Positions 1-6,051 are shown, numbered from the stretch's first letter. The stretch: DNA of 15,526 nt from Candidatus Iainarchaeum sp. (GCA_028713935.1 JAQTNI010000033.1:1-15526); one strand, 5' to 3'. Notes: generated by a model not told the origin, from the letters alone. Made by a program: numbers and translations.

Positions 1-1102
1 CCACAACAGGTTCAAACACAACAACAGTTACCAGCACTTTTGTGTTATCATAACTTATGCTTGCAATTTCCGCTGCCCTTATTGTTATCAGGGAGCAAAT
101 AAAAGCAAAGAACCAATTTCTAATGAAACACTTGACAAAGTAATTAAATTCATTAAAAACACTTGCCTTGAAAGAAAAGCAAAAGATTGTGAAATAACCC
201 TTTATGGTGGAGAACCCTTTTTATTTCCAGAAAAATGCAAGAAACTTGTAGAAGAAATAAGTGCCTGGGCAAAACAAAATGAAATAGTGTTTCATTTGAG
301 CGCATTAACAAATGGTTCTCTTTTAACCAACGAGCTCGTGGATTGGCTTTCTATTTACTCTACAAGAGTCCAAGTCCCATTGGATGGCGCCAAAACAATT
401 CATGATCAATATAGATATCACGTGGAAGAAAAAAGAGGCTCTTATGAAGATTTAATAAAATTCTTTTCTTATGCAAAAGACTCCAACATCGACTTACATT
501 TACGAATAAGTGTAACAAAAGAAACCTATCCAACAATGGAAACAATGTTGGATGACTTGAAAGAAAGAGGGTTGATGCATTTGCATCCGGATTTTTGCTA
601 TATCACTTCTTTTGTAGATGCCTGCCTCCCTTTCAGCAAATATTGTTTGGTTGATTCCGAATTGTACAAGGTTTTGCCAGAACTCTGGAAAATGGCTAGA
701 GAAAAAGGATTTAAGACAGATTTATTAAGACCAAGAGTGTCTCCTCTGCCCTGCAGCAGTATTGCAGATGGAAGCTATGTAATAGATCCTGATGGCGATG
801 TTTACAAGTGCTGGGAATTGGTAATCCAAAAACAACACTCTGTTGGAACAATCACAGAAGAAGGAAAACTTGATATCCGAGCACCATATCACGACACGCT
901 CACAAGAGACCCCGCAAACATCGAAGAATGCAGCAAATGCAAATTTTTACCAGCATGCTCTGGGGGCTGCATTTGCAAAGCAGTATGGAACAAGGGAACT
1001 TATCATGCAAGCGGTTGCGGAACAGTAAAGTATCTGCTTGTTGAACAACTGAAAGCATATCTGCTTCAAGAATACCCCGAAAAATTTGAAAAATTATTAT
1101 AA
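1..1102 (+). CDS. Radical SAM / SPASM-domain enzyme (peptide-maturase or anSME-like), 5' end cut by window edge
   Basis: The frame of ORF 287..1102 stays open back to nt 2. Nt 2-286 translate to ...VIITYACNFRCPYCYQGAN... (CX3CX2C radical-SAM cluster motif, codons 62-85) and ...EITLYGGEPF. The C-terminal part has YVIDPDGDVYKCWE and CSKCKFLPACSGGCICK (about 929-975), typical SPASM auxiliary-cluster Cys motifs. The GTG at 287 used by the ORF track is internal. Confidence 0.85.
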   Translation, partial: HNRFKHNNSYQHFCVIITYACNFRCPYCYQGANKSKEPISNETLDKVIKFIKNTCLERKAKDCEITLYGGEPFLFPEKCKKLVEEISAWAKQNEIVFHLSALTNGSLLTNELVDWLSIYSTRVQVPLDGAKTIHDQYRYHVEEKRGSYEDLIKFFSYAKDSNIDLHLRISVTKETYPTMETMLDDLKERGLMHLHPDFCYITSFVDACLPFSKYCLVDSELYKVLPELWKMAREKGFKTDLLRPRVSPLPCSSIADGSYVIDPDGDVYKCWELVIQKQHSVGTITEEGKLDIRAPYHDTLTRDPANIEECSKCKFLPACSGGCICKAVWNKGTYHASGCGTVKYLLVEQLKAYLLQEYPEKFEKLL

Positions 1103-1115
1103 AAAAGGTGATTTA

Positions 1116-1205
1116 TTGGAGAACACAAACAAAAAAAGTTTTAAAATAGAAATTATAGAGGAATATTCAAATCCAAAGATTTCACATTGCTTTGTTCTTG
1201 TCTAA
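1116..1205 (+). CDS. Candidate short precursor-like peptide, 29 codons: (M)ENTNKKSFKIEIIEEYSNPKISHCFVLV
   Basis: Hand-translated ORF below the track's size cutoff. TTG start at 1116, TAA at 1203-1205. AAGGTGA (1104-1110) lies 5 nt upstream of the TTG. The ORF fills 90 of the 115 nt between the SPASM enzyme and the MBL gene. Charged N-terminal half, hydrophobic C-terminus with a single Cys. There is no homology evidence; it could be a chance ORF. Confidence 0.3.
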   Translation: MENTNKKSFKIEIIEEYSNPKISHCFVLV

Positions 1206-1217
1206 GCAAGGGAAAAA

Positions 1218-2105
1218 ATGGAATTAAAAAACATCTCCGGTTCAGTGCACTATATTCCAAACTCGTCAAATATTGGAGTAATAATCAAAAACAAAAATTG
1301 TGTTTTGATTGATACAGGATTAGATTCTGACACGGGGAAAAAAATATTAAAACTTCTCGAAGAAAAAAACCTGTGCCTAAAAGCCATTATTAACACCCAC
1401 GCGCATGCTGACCATTTTGGGGGAAACAAAATAATAAAAGAAAAAACAAATTGCTTAGTTTGTGCTCCAAAAATTGAAGCTTGCATAATTGAAAATCCAA
1501 TATTAGAATCATTACTGTTTTTCTCTGGAGCTGAGCCTTTGCCAGAATTAAAAAACAAGTTTTTAATGGCAGAACCCTGCGAAGTAGACAAAATTATTGA
1601 AAATGGAACGTTAGAAATTGAAAATTTTTCAATGCAAATTACCAATCTGCCTGGGCACTCCATAAATCAAATTGGAATTATTTTTGAGGGCGTGATTTTT
1701 TGCGGAGATAGTTTTTTTTCAAAAGAAACAATAGAAAAACATAAAATCCCTTTTTTTGTTAATATCGAAGAAACAAAAAAAACCCTAAATTCTTTGAAAG
1801 AAACAAACTATTCAACTTATGCTCCTTCGCACGTAGACCCGCAAAACAATGTTAAGGAAATAATTAATGAAAACTTAAAAACAATAGAAAAAATAGAAAA
1901 TGCGATTTTAGAAATTTTGCAACAGTCCAAAAGCACAGAACAAACTCTTAAACAATTAGCAAGAAACTTTAAAATCAAAATAACTTCGGTCCAACAATAT
2001 TACTTGCTGAAAACCTCTTTATTAGCATATTTGGAATATTTATCCAAAAATAAAAGAATAAAAACAGAAATCGAAAATAACCAGTTACAATGGATTAGGC
2101 TGTAA
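1218..2105 (+). CDS. MBL-fold metallo-hydrolase (metallo-beta-lactamase superfamily)
   Basis: INTHAHADHFGGN carries the HxHxDH zinc motif. Downstream LPGHS and CGDSFF fit later MBL motifs. ATG at 1218 is preceded by AAGGGA. Markedly AT-richer than the rest of the window. Confidence 0.85.
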   Translation: MELKNISGSVHYIPNSSNIGVIIKNKNCVLIDTGLDSDTGKKILKLLEEKNLCLKAIINTHAHADHFGGNKIIKEKTNCLVCAPKIEACIIENPILESLLFFSGAEPLPELKNKFLMAEPCEVDKIIENGTLEIENFSMQITNLPGHSINQIGIIFEGVIFCGDSFFSKETIEKHKIPFFVNIEETKKTLNSLKETNYSTYAPSHVDPQNNVKEIINENLKTIEKIENAILEILQQSKSTEQTLKQLARNFKIKITSVQQYYLLKTSLLAYLEYLSKNKRIKTEIENNQLQWIRL

Positions 2106-2261
2106 AAAAATAAACCAGGAAAAATTATTGAGAACCGCCAATTCAACAGGCTTGTTTAGCAGTGTTAAACTGTTTTGGCAACAGCGGAAATCTGCTTTCA
2201 AAAAGAACTTATTTTTGTTTGACGGAATTATTTGTAAATTCTGTTTTTGGGGTGGTTTTTT

Positions 2262-2477
2262 ATGAAAAAGTTTATAGCCAGGGCTTTGGCAGTGATTTTG
2301 GTTTTTTGTTTGCTTGGAACAGCGAGCATTTTGCGGGAAAAACAAAGCGAGAGCTTGGAGCAGATTGAAAAGTGCTGTTTGGAAAAGTGTACAAAGGAAA
2401 AAGCAGGGATTTTTGCGGGGGAAGAGAAAAAATTGGTTTTCAGGCAAAAAACAGGATTATTCTCCTTGCCTTTTTAG
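2262..2477 (+). CDS. Small (71 aa) putative secreted or membrane-anchored protein with CCxxxC motif
   Basis: ATG at 2262 is preceded by GGGGTGG (2249-2255) at 6-nt spacing. N-terminus MKKFIARALAVILVFCLLGTASI looks like a signal peptide or TM anchor, followed by a charged region with CCLEKC. The 3' end overlaps the convergent Roadblock gene by 21 nt. No recognisable family. Confidence 0.4.
   Translation: MKKFIARALAVILVFCLLGTASILREKQSESLEQIEKCCLEKCTKEKAGIFAGEEKKLVFRQKTGLFSLPF
2427..2451 (-). terminator. Two oligo-T runs (minus strand) just after the Roadblock stop
   Basis: Plus-strand A6 runs at 2446-2451 and 2427-2432 are T6 runs on the minus strand, starting 6 nt after the stop codon at 2457-2459. 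Archaeal termination commonly uses oligo-T tracts. Confidence 0.35.
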
Positions 2478-2831
2478 GATTTCAACTATTTTTCTTTTAG
2501 TGTTTTCAATTTCTACATCCAATAAGCCCATGTTGGCAAGCGAGGGAATTACAACAATTAGGCTGATTGTGTTTGTGATTGTTGCAACAATGACTGTGTA
2601 TTGGTTCATTTCAAGGTATAATCGTTCAAGCTTGTAGCTTTCATAAAACTTGTCAATCAGGTCAAAGACTGGGTCAGTAGTGTTTCTCAGCAAAACCCAG
2701 AAATCAATGTTCCTGAGTTTAATGCTGCCAGGAATCAGGCCTTCAAGGCCTTTGCGTGCAACCATGCAGGCTAAAACATCTTCCAAGCGCAGCAAATCGT
2801 CAAGGATTTTCAGGATTTCTTCTCTTTTCAT
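2457..2831 (-). CDS. Roadblock/LC7 (MglB-like) domain protein
   Basis: 124 aa. The pattern LEDVLACMVARKGLEGLIPG ... LERLYLEMNQYTVIVATITNTISLIVVIPSLANMGLLDVEIENTKRKI matches the alpha-beta-alpha Roadblock/LC7 layout. ATG at 2831. Confidence 0.6.
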   Translation of the reverse strand: MKREEILKILDDLLRLEDVLACMVARKGLEGLIPGSIKLRNIDFWVLLRNTTDPVFDLIDKFYESYKLERLYLEMNQYTVIVATITNTISLIVVIPSLANMGLLDVEIENTKRKIVEILKRQGE

Positions 2832-2851
2832 TAAAAAAACCTTTTGCGAAG

Positions 2852-2885
2852 CTTTCTTTCACAAGGCTTTCTTTTCCAAAGAAAG
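2852..2885. repeat. CTTTCTTT direct copy plus CTTTCTTT/AAAGAAAG hairpin in the membrane-gene/Roadblock spacer
   Basis: CTTTCTTT at 2852-2859 and 2867-2874. Inverted copy AAAGAAAG at 2878-2885. This gives an 8-bp perfect stem with loop TCC (2875-2877), beginning 7 nt after the stop codon at 2892-2894 (minus strand). Confidence 0.6.
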
Positions 2886-2891
2886 GCTTTG

Positions 2892-3512
2892 TTATACTCC
2901 ATTGGTCCTTTTGTGGTAATAAAACTTTCGCATATGGGCTAATTTTGCACTGTATTTTGTGATAAGTGCATATGCAATGTCAAAAGCCAAAAAAGCAAAG
3001 AAATAAACAGGCGCAAAAATTCCGAGCAGGACAAAGCAAAGAACTGCAATTTTCATTACAAAGCGGTATTTGAAAAAAAGCCAGATTGGCTTTCTGACTT
3101 CCAGGTGCTTGTCAACATAGTCATTTCCCAATTCATCAAACAAGCCTGCGATAATTAAAATGAGCATTGGAATCCATAGGAAATTAAAAAAGCCAAAAAT
3201 GAAGAGCAGGAAAAAAATACTTATAATTCCAAGCTGGTGAGCTATATTGTCAATTTTTCCTTTTAAAAAAACAGCGATTACAATTGCGCCGAGGATTGTT
3301 GCCGATTCTGGGCTCAGAATCATTGTTACAAACCAAAAAATCCCCAGAATTGGAGCGAATAAGACCGCATTTCTGGTCCGAAAAACTTTTTCGTCAAACG
3401 CGTCGTCAATGTATTTGATTCCTCCTCCGAGGATTGCGTATGCCCCTATGAAGAATAGCCAGGTGATTATTGGGTTTGAGAAGATTATTGCATTAAGAAA
3501 GAATTCCGCCAT
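2892..3512 (-). CDS. Multi-pass integral membrane protein with two Asp-rich loops (UbiA-like motif arrangement, unverified)
   Basis: 206 aa with about 6-7 hydrophobic segments. KYIDDAFDE follows the first helix and LFDELGNDYVD follows the fifth. This resembles the two Asp-rich motifs of intramembrane prenyltransferases, but the protein is short for that family. Confidence 0.55.
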   Translation of the reverse strand: MAEFFLNAIIFSNPIITWLFFIGAYAILGGGIKYIDDAFDEKVFRTRNAVLFAPILGIFWFVTMILSPESATILGAIVIAVFLKGKIDNIAHQLGIISIFFLLFIFGFFNFLWIPMLILIIAGLFDELGNDYVDKHLEVRKPIWLFFKYRFVMKIAVLCFVLLGIFAPVYFFAFLAFDIAYALITKYSAKLAHMRKFYYHKRTNGV

Positions 3513-3585
3513 AGAAAAGCCGTTGTGCTAACAATATTAAAACAAATGCAAAGGCAAAAACTGTTTACCATGCAATTTAGGTTTT

Positions 3586-3634
3586 CTTTCTTTTGGACAA
3601 CTTAACATTTCTTTCTTTTTCAAAAAGAAAGAAA
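3586..3634. repeat. CTTTCTTT direct copy plus 13-bp perfect hairpin in the KaiC-like/membrane-gene spacer
   Basis: TTTCTTTCTTTT at 3583-3594 and again at 3608-3619. TTTCTTTCTTTTT (3608-3620) pairs perfectly with AAAAAGAAAGAAA (3622-3634) around a single C at 3621. It begins 3 nt after the KaiC-like stop codon at 3638-3640 (minus strand). Confidence 0.65.
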
Positions 3635-3637
3635 AGG

Positions 3638-4393
3638 TCAGAGGTTGAATTCTTGCTGCTTGATTTCAATTCCTTTCGGAGTCATGTCACAAGTGAGAGA
3701 AGATTTTTCATGGTCAGTGTAACGCATTTTTCTCACCCGAAGAGTGCGGAAAGTTGCTGCGCCTGCGCCGATATAGTGCAGTATGATTACTCCATCTGCA
3801 ATGAATTCTGAAACACCATCAGCCGAAAGGCGGGTAAATTCCTCGTAAAGCTCTGAAGTTAATAAGGTTGTGAGCCTGAATTTTTTGATTTCTTTTATCA
3901 AGCTGTACAAAATTGTTTTTGAAATAATCTGGTCTGTCCTTGGAATAGGAGAAACTGTTTCCGCAATCTGAACCAGTGAAAAAGGCTCTTTTTCGCCAAT
4001 GCCGGAAATCATAAGGGCATCTGTAAGCGTTGTCATTGAATCAATTACAATTCTTTTTGGCTGAAAAGATTTGACCATCTCATCGACTCTTTTCAAAAAA
4101 TTTTCTCCCGAGCCAATGTCAAAATAAGTTATTTTCAAAAGCCCTTTTTTTTGGAGTTCTGAAATGTCCCAGCCAAAAGAAGAAGCCTGTTTTTGGAGTT
4201 CTTCCTCGTTTTGTTCAGTGGAAATATACAATCCTTTTTCCCCGAAAAGCTTTGCGCCGTTAATAATGAATTGCAGGCAAAGAGTTGATTTTCCAGTTCC
4301 TGCTCCGCCGCTTACCAAAACAATGTTTCCTTCGGGAAAACCACCATTCAAAGCCTTGTCCAATCCCTGAATCCCAGTTTTTGTTCTCAGCAT
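3638..4393 (-). CDS. Single-domain KaiC-like / RecA-superfamily ATPase (COG0467-type)
   Basis: TGIQGLDKALNGGFPEGNIVLVSGGAGTGKSTLCLQF contains Walker A. RIVIDSMTTL is Walker B-like. I moved the start from the track's TTG at 4411 to the ATG at 4393, which is preceded by GGTGA (complement of 4398-4402) at 4-nt spacing. Confidence 0.85.
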   Translation of the reverse strand: MLRTKTGIQGLDKALNGGFPEGNIVLVSGGAGTGKSTLCLQFIINGAKLFGEKGLYISTEQNEEELQKQASSFGWDISELQKKGLLKITYFDIGSGENFLKRVDEMVKSFQPKRIVIDSMTTLTDALMISGIGEKEPFSLVQIAETVSPIPRTDQIISKTILYSLIKEIKKFRLTTLLTSELYEEFTRLSADGVSEFIADGVIILHYIGAGAATFRTLRVRKMRYTDHEKSSLTCDMTPKGIEIKQQEFNL

Positions 4394-4415
4394 CCAATCA
4401 CCTGTTCTCAAATTA

Positions 4416-4423
4416 TTATATAA
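4416..4423 (-). promoter_or_regulatory. Possible TATA box upstream of the KaiC-like gene
   Basis: TTATATAA (palindromic) is centred about 26 nt upstream of the ATG at 4393, in the 45-nt spacer after the HAD gene. Confidence 0.3.
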
Positions 4424-4438
4424 TCCAATTCCAAATAT

Positions 4439-5110
4439 TTAAGCCTTTGCGTCAATTCTTTTTATTATCCCAATTGCCTTGTCAAGCCTTCCAATGAGAT
4501 AATCAGGCTGCTTTTCCTTAAGCCTTTTTACGGAGAACCAGCCTCCAGCAATTGCTATGGACTTCACTCCAAGCTGCCTTGCAATCTTTATTTCTTCAGG
4601 AGAATCCCCGACAATAATGATTTGCTCTTTTTCAAACCCGTTTTCTTTGATATATTTTTCAGCATGCTTTGCCTTGTCTTTCAAGCCAGTTGACAAAACA
4701 TCACTGTTTGCCAAAACAGCAGAAACATATTTTTCCAGTTTCAGGCGCTTCAGGTGCCTTTCAATGCTTTCAATTGTGTGATTGCTCAGAATAATAGATT
4801 TTATTCCGTTTGAATGAAGCCATTTCAACAAGGCTTTTGTTCCGGTTCTTGCCCTGCATTGTTCAATGCGCTTTTCATAAAAACCATGATATGTTTTTTG
4901 AATTTTTGCATGATTTTCAAAAAAGCTCTTCTCATTCATCCCTACTTTTGCATAATATTTTGTCAAGGGAATATCAAATAGTTCCCTGTATTGCCCAAGC
5001 GTTACTGGTTTAATATTAAACAGCGAAAGAACCTTGTTTTCTGCTTCAAGTGTTGCAGTGGCATCGCTCAGAATTGTTCCATTCCAGTCAAAAATAACAA
5101 GCTTAATCAC
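4439..5110 (-). CDS. HAD-superfamily hydrolase with non-canonical motif I (DxN instead of DxD)
   Basis: MIKLVIFDWNGTILSD is motif I with Asn at the Asp+2 position. IILSNHT is motif II-like. IIVGDSPEEIKIA is motif IV. GTG start at 5110, with no ATG alternative upstream of motif I. Confidence 0.8.
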   Translation of the reverse strand: MIKLVIFDWNGTILSDATATLEAENKVLSLFNIKPVTLGQYRELFDIPLTKYYAKVGMNEKSFFENHAKIQKTYHGFYEKRIEQCRARTGTKALLKWLHSNGIKSIILSNHTIESIERHLKRLKLEKYVSAVLANSDVLSTGLKDKAKHAEKYIKENGFEKEQIIIVGDSPEEIKIARQLGVKSIAIAGGWFSVKRLKEKQPDYLIGRLDKAIGIIKRIDAKA

Positions 5111-5130
5111 AAAAATCAGTTTTTATAATT

Positions 5131-5697
5131 TTATGGCTCTATCTCAAGCTGTTCCCTTACCTGCTTGCTGCCAAGGTCAAAATCATTCAGGGGCTTTAAA
5201 ACGAATTCACATTCTTTTGCGCCTGTTGCGGAGCAATTGGTTTCAATGCATTCAACTTCTTTTTCAAATGCCCTTGAAAAAATTCCAGCAAAAATTCCCC
5301 TGAAAAGAGAATCAACAGGCCTTTTTGCCGGAGAAGCCAAAAAAGGCACAAAAGGATTGTCTGAAACGGAAACAATTGCCTCTGATTTTGAAAAATTCAT
5401 GTCCATTACCTGGATTGTTCCCCAGCCGCTGGAAGAAAAATAATCCTTTAAAAAATTAACAAGCTTATCCCCCTTAAAGCCGAATTCAAGAGACATGTCC
5501 TTTACAAGATTGTTTTTAACAGACTGCTTCACAAGCAAATAAAGCTTTTTCTGGAATTGGGCATCCTCAGAAGAAAGCATAACCGAAAGCATTTCAACAG
5601 GCATAATCAGGAACGGCAAATTAATCAGGAAAAAATTATTATGCCTGAATTTCAGGCCATTAGTGAAAATAAACTTGTCATAAAAACTGTTAAGCAC
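5131..5697 (-). CDS. V4R (4-vinyl reductase-type) domain protein
   Basis: The C-terminal ECIETNCSATGAKECEFVLKP matches the V4R signature (E..C...G...C.F). GTG start at 5697 directly abuts the TAA (5698-5700) of the upstream wHTH gene. Confidence 0.7.
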   Translation of the reverse strand: MLNSFYDKFIFTNGLKFRHNNFFLINLPFLIMPVEMLSVMLSSEDAQFQKKLYLLVKQSVKNNLVKDMSLEFGFKGDKLVNFLKDYFSSSGWGTIQVMDMNFSKSEAIVSVSDNPFVPFLASPAKRPVDSLFRGIFAGIFSRAFEKEVECIETNCSATGAKECEFVLKPLNDFDLGSKQVREQLEIEP

Positions 5698-6006
5698 TTA
5701 AGGTGCCTCCCTCAAAATTGTTTCAATTGCCCTGTATTTTTCAACACGCAAAGGCCAGACAACAAGCGCATTGCCAACTCTTTTGGAAAGAACAAGCTTT
5801 TTTTCAACAAGCTTTTTCAGGTAATAAGAATACTTGGTGCTGAGCTTTTTCTTATGCTCACGAGAAGAAGGAGACTCGCGCAGATGCTCAGCAATTTCCA
5901 AGGCAGAAATAGGCCAGTTCTGGAGAACAATTTCAAAAATTCGCCTCTCCATATCCGAAAGATTCCTGCCTGAAACAAAATCTGGATTGCCAGAATTGAA
6001 ATCCAT
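5698..6006 (-). CDS. Winged helix-turn-helix DNA-binding protein (MarR/ArsR/TrmB-like)
   Basis: 102 aa. MERRIFEIVLQNWPISALEIAEHL ... YYLKKLVEKKLVLSKRVGNALVVWP has the helix-turn-helix plus wing pattern. ATG at 6006. Translationally contiguous with the V4R gene. Confidence 0.65.
   Translation of the reverse strand: MDFNSGNPDFVSGRNLSDMERRIFEIVLQNWPISALEIAEHLRESPSSREHKKKLSTKYSYYLKKLVEKKLVLSKRVGNALVVWPLRVEKYRAIETILREAP
5981..5994. promoter_or_regulatory. Operator-like palindrome copy 1, TCTGGATTGCCAGA, inside the first codons of the wHTH gene
   Basis: AAAATCTGGATTGCCAGAATT (5977-5997) matches AAAATCTGGCATGCCAGAATT (6048-6068) at 19 of 21 positions. The TCTGG/CCAGA arms are inverted repeats. Confidence 0.5.
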
Positions 6007-6027
6007 AGTTATGTAAAAGAAGCCAAG

Positions 6028-6039
6028 TTATATATAAAA
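6028..6039 (-). promoter_or_regulatory. TATA box of the wHTH-V4R operon
   Basis: TTATATATAAAA is centred about 28 nt upstream of the ATG at 6006. That spacing fits a leaderless or near-leaderless archaeal transcript. Confidence 0.45.
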
Positions 6040-6051
6040 CTAACTAAAAAA

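Noticed and set aside
677-688. CCAGAACTCTGG inside the rSAM gene, and TGCCAGAATTA at about 1541-1551 in the MBL gene, as extra copies of the wHTH operator
   Set aside because: The first has the arms in everted order with different spacing. The second is only a half-site. Both are inside coding sequence, so chance matches are likely.
360-1663. Short ORFs 360..545 (minus), 843..1028 (plus) and 1250..1663 (minus)
   Set aside because: They are antisense or alternate-frame shadows inside the rSAM and MBL genes.
1-2105. Reading the rSAM, peptide and MBL trio as a bona fide PQQ (pqqE/pqqA/pqqB) locus
   Set aside because: The peptide lacks the PqqA E-x3-Y motif (it has E-E-Y and E-I-I-E-E-Y spacing). 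No PqqC or PqqD-like genes are visible. I keep PQQ only as a structural precedent, not as the call.
2085-2637. ORFs 2085..2447 (minus, 120 aa), 2162..2368 (plus, 68 aa) and 2314..2637 (plus, 107 aa)
   Set aside because: Their translations are low-complexity or basic, with no motifs. They overlap the better-supported 2262..2477 ORF or are antisense to the Roadblock gene.
3537-3608. 23-codon minus-strand ORF MLSCPKERKPKLHGKQFLPLHLF in the KaiC-like/membrane-gene spacer
   Set aside because: It has no convincing SD. Its ATG sits inside the arm of the 13-bp hairpin, and the sequence is dominated by the CTTTCTTT repeats. It is more likely non-coding.
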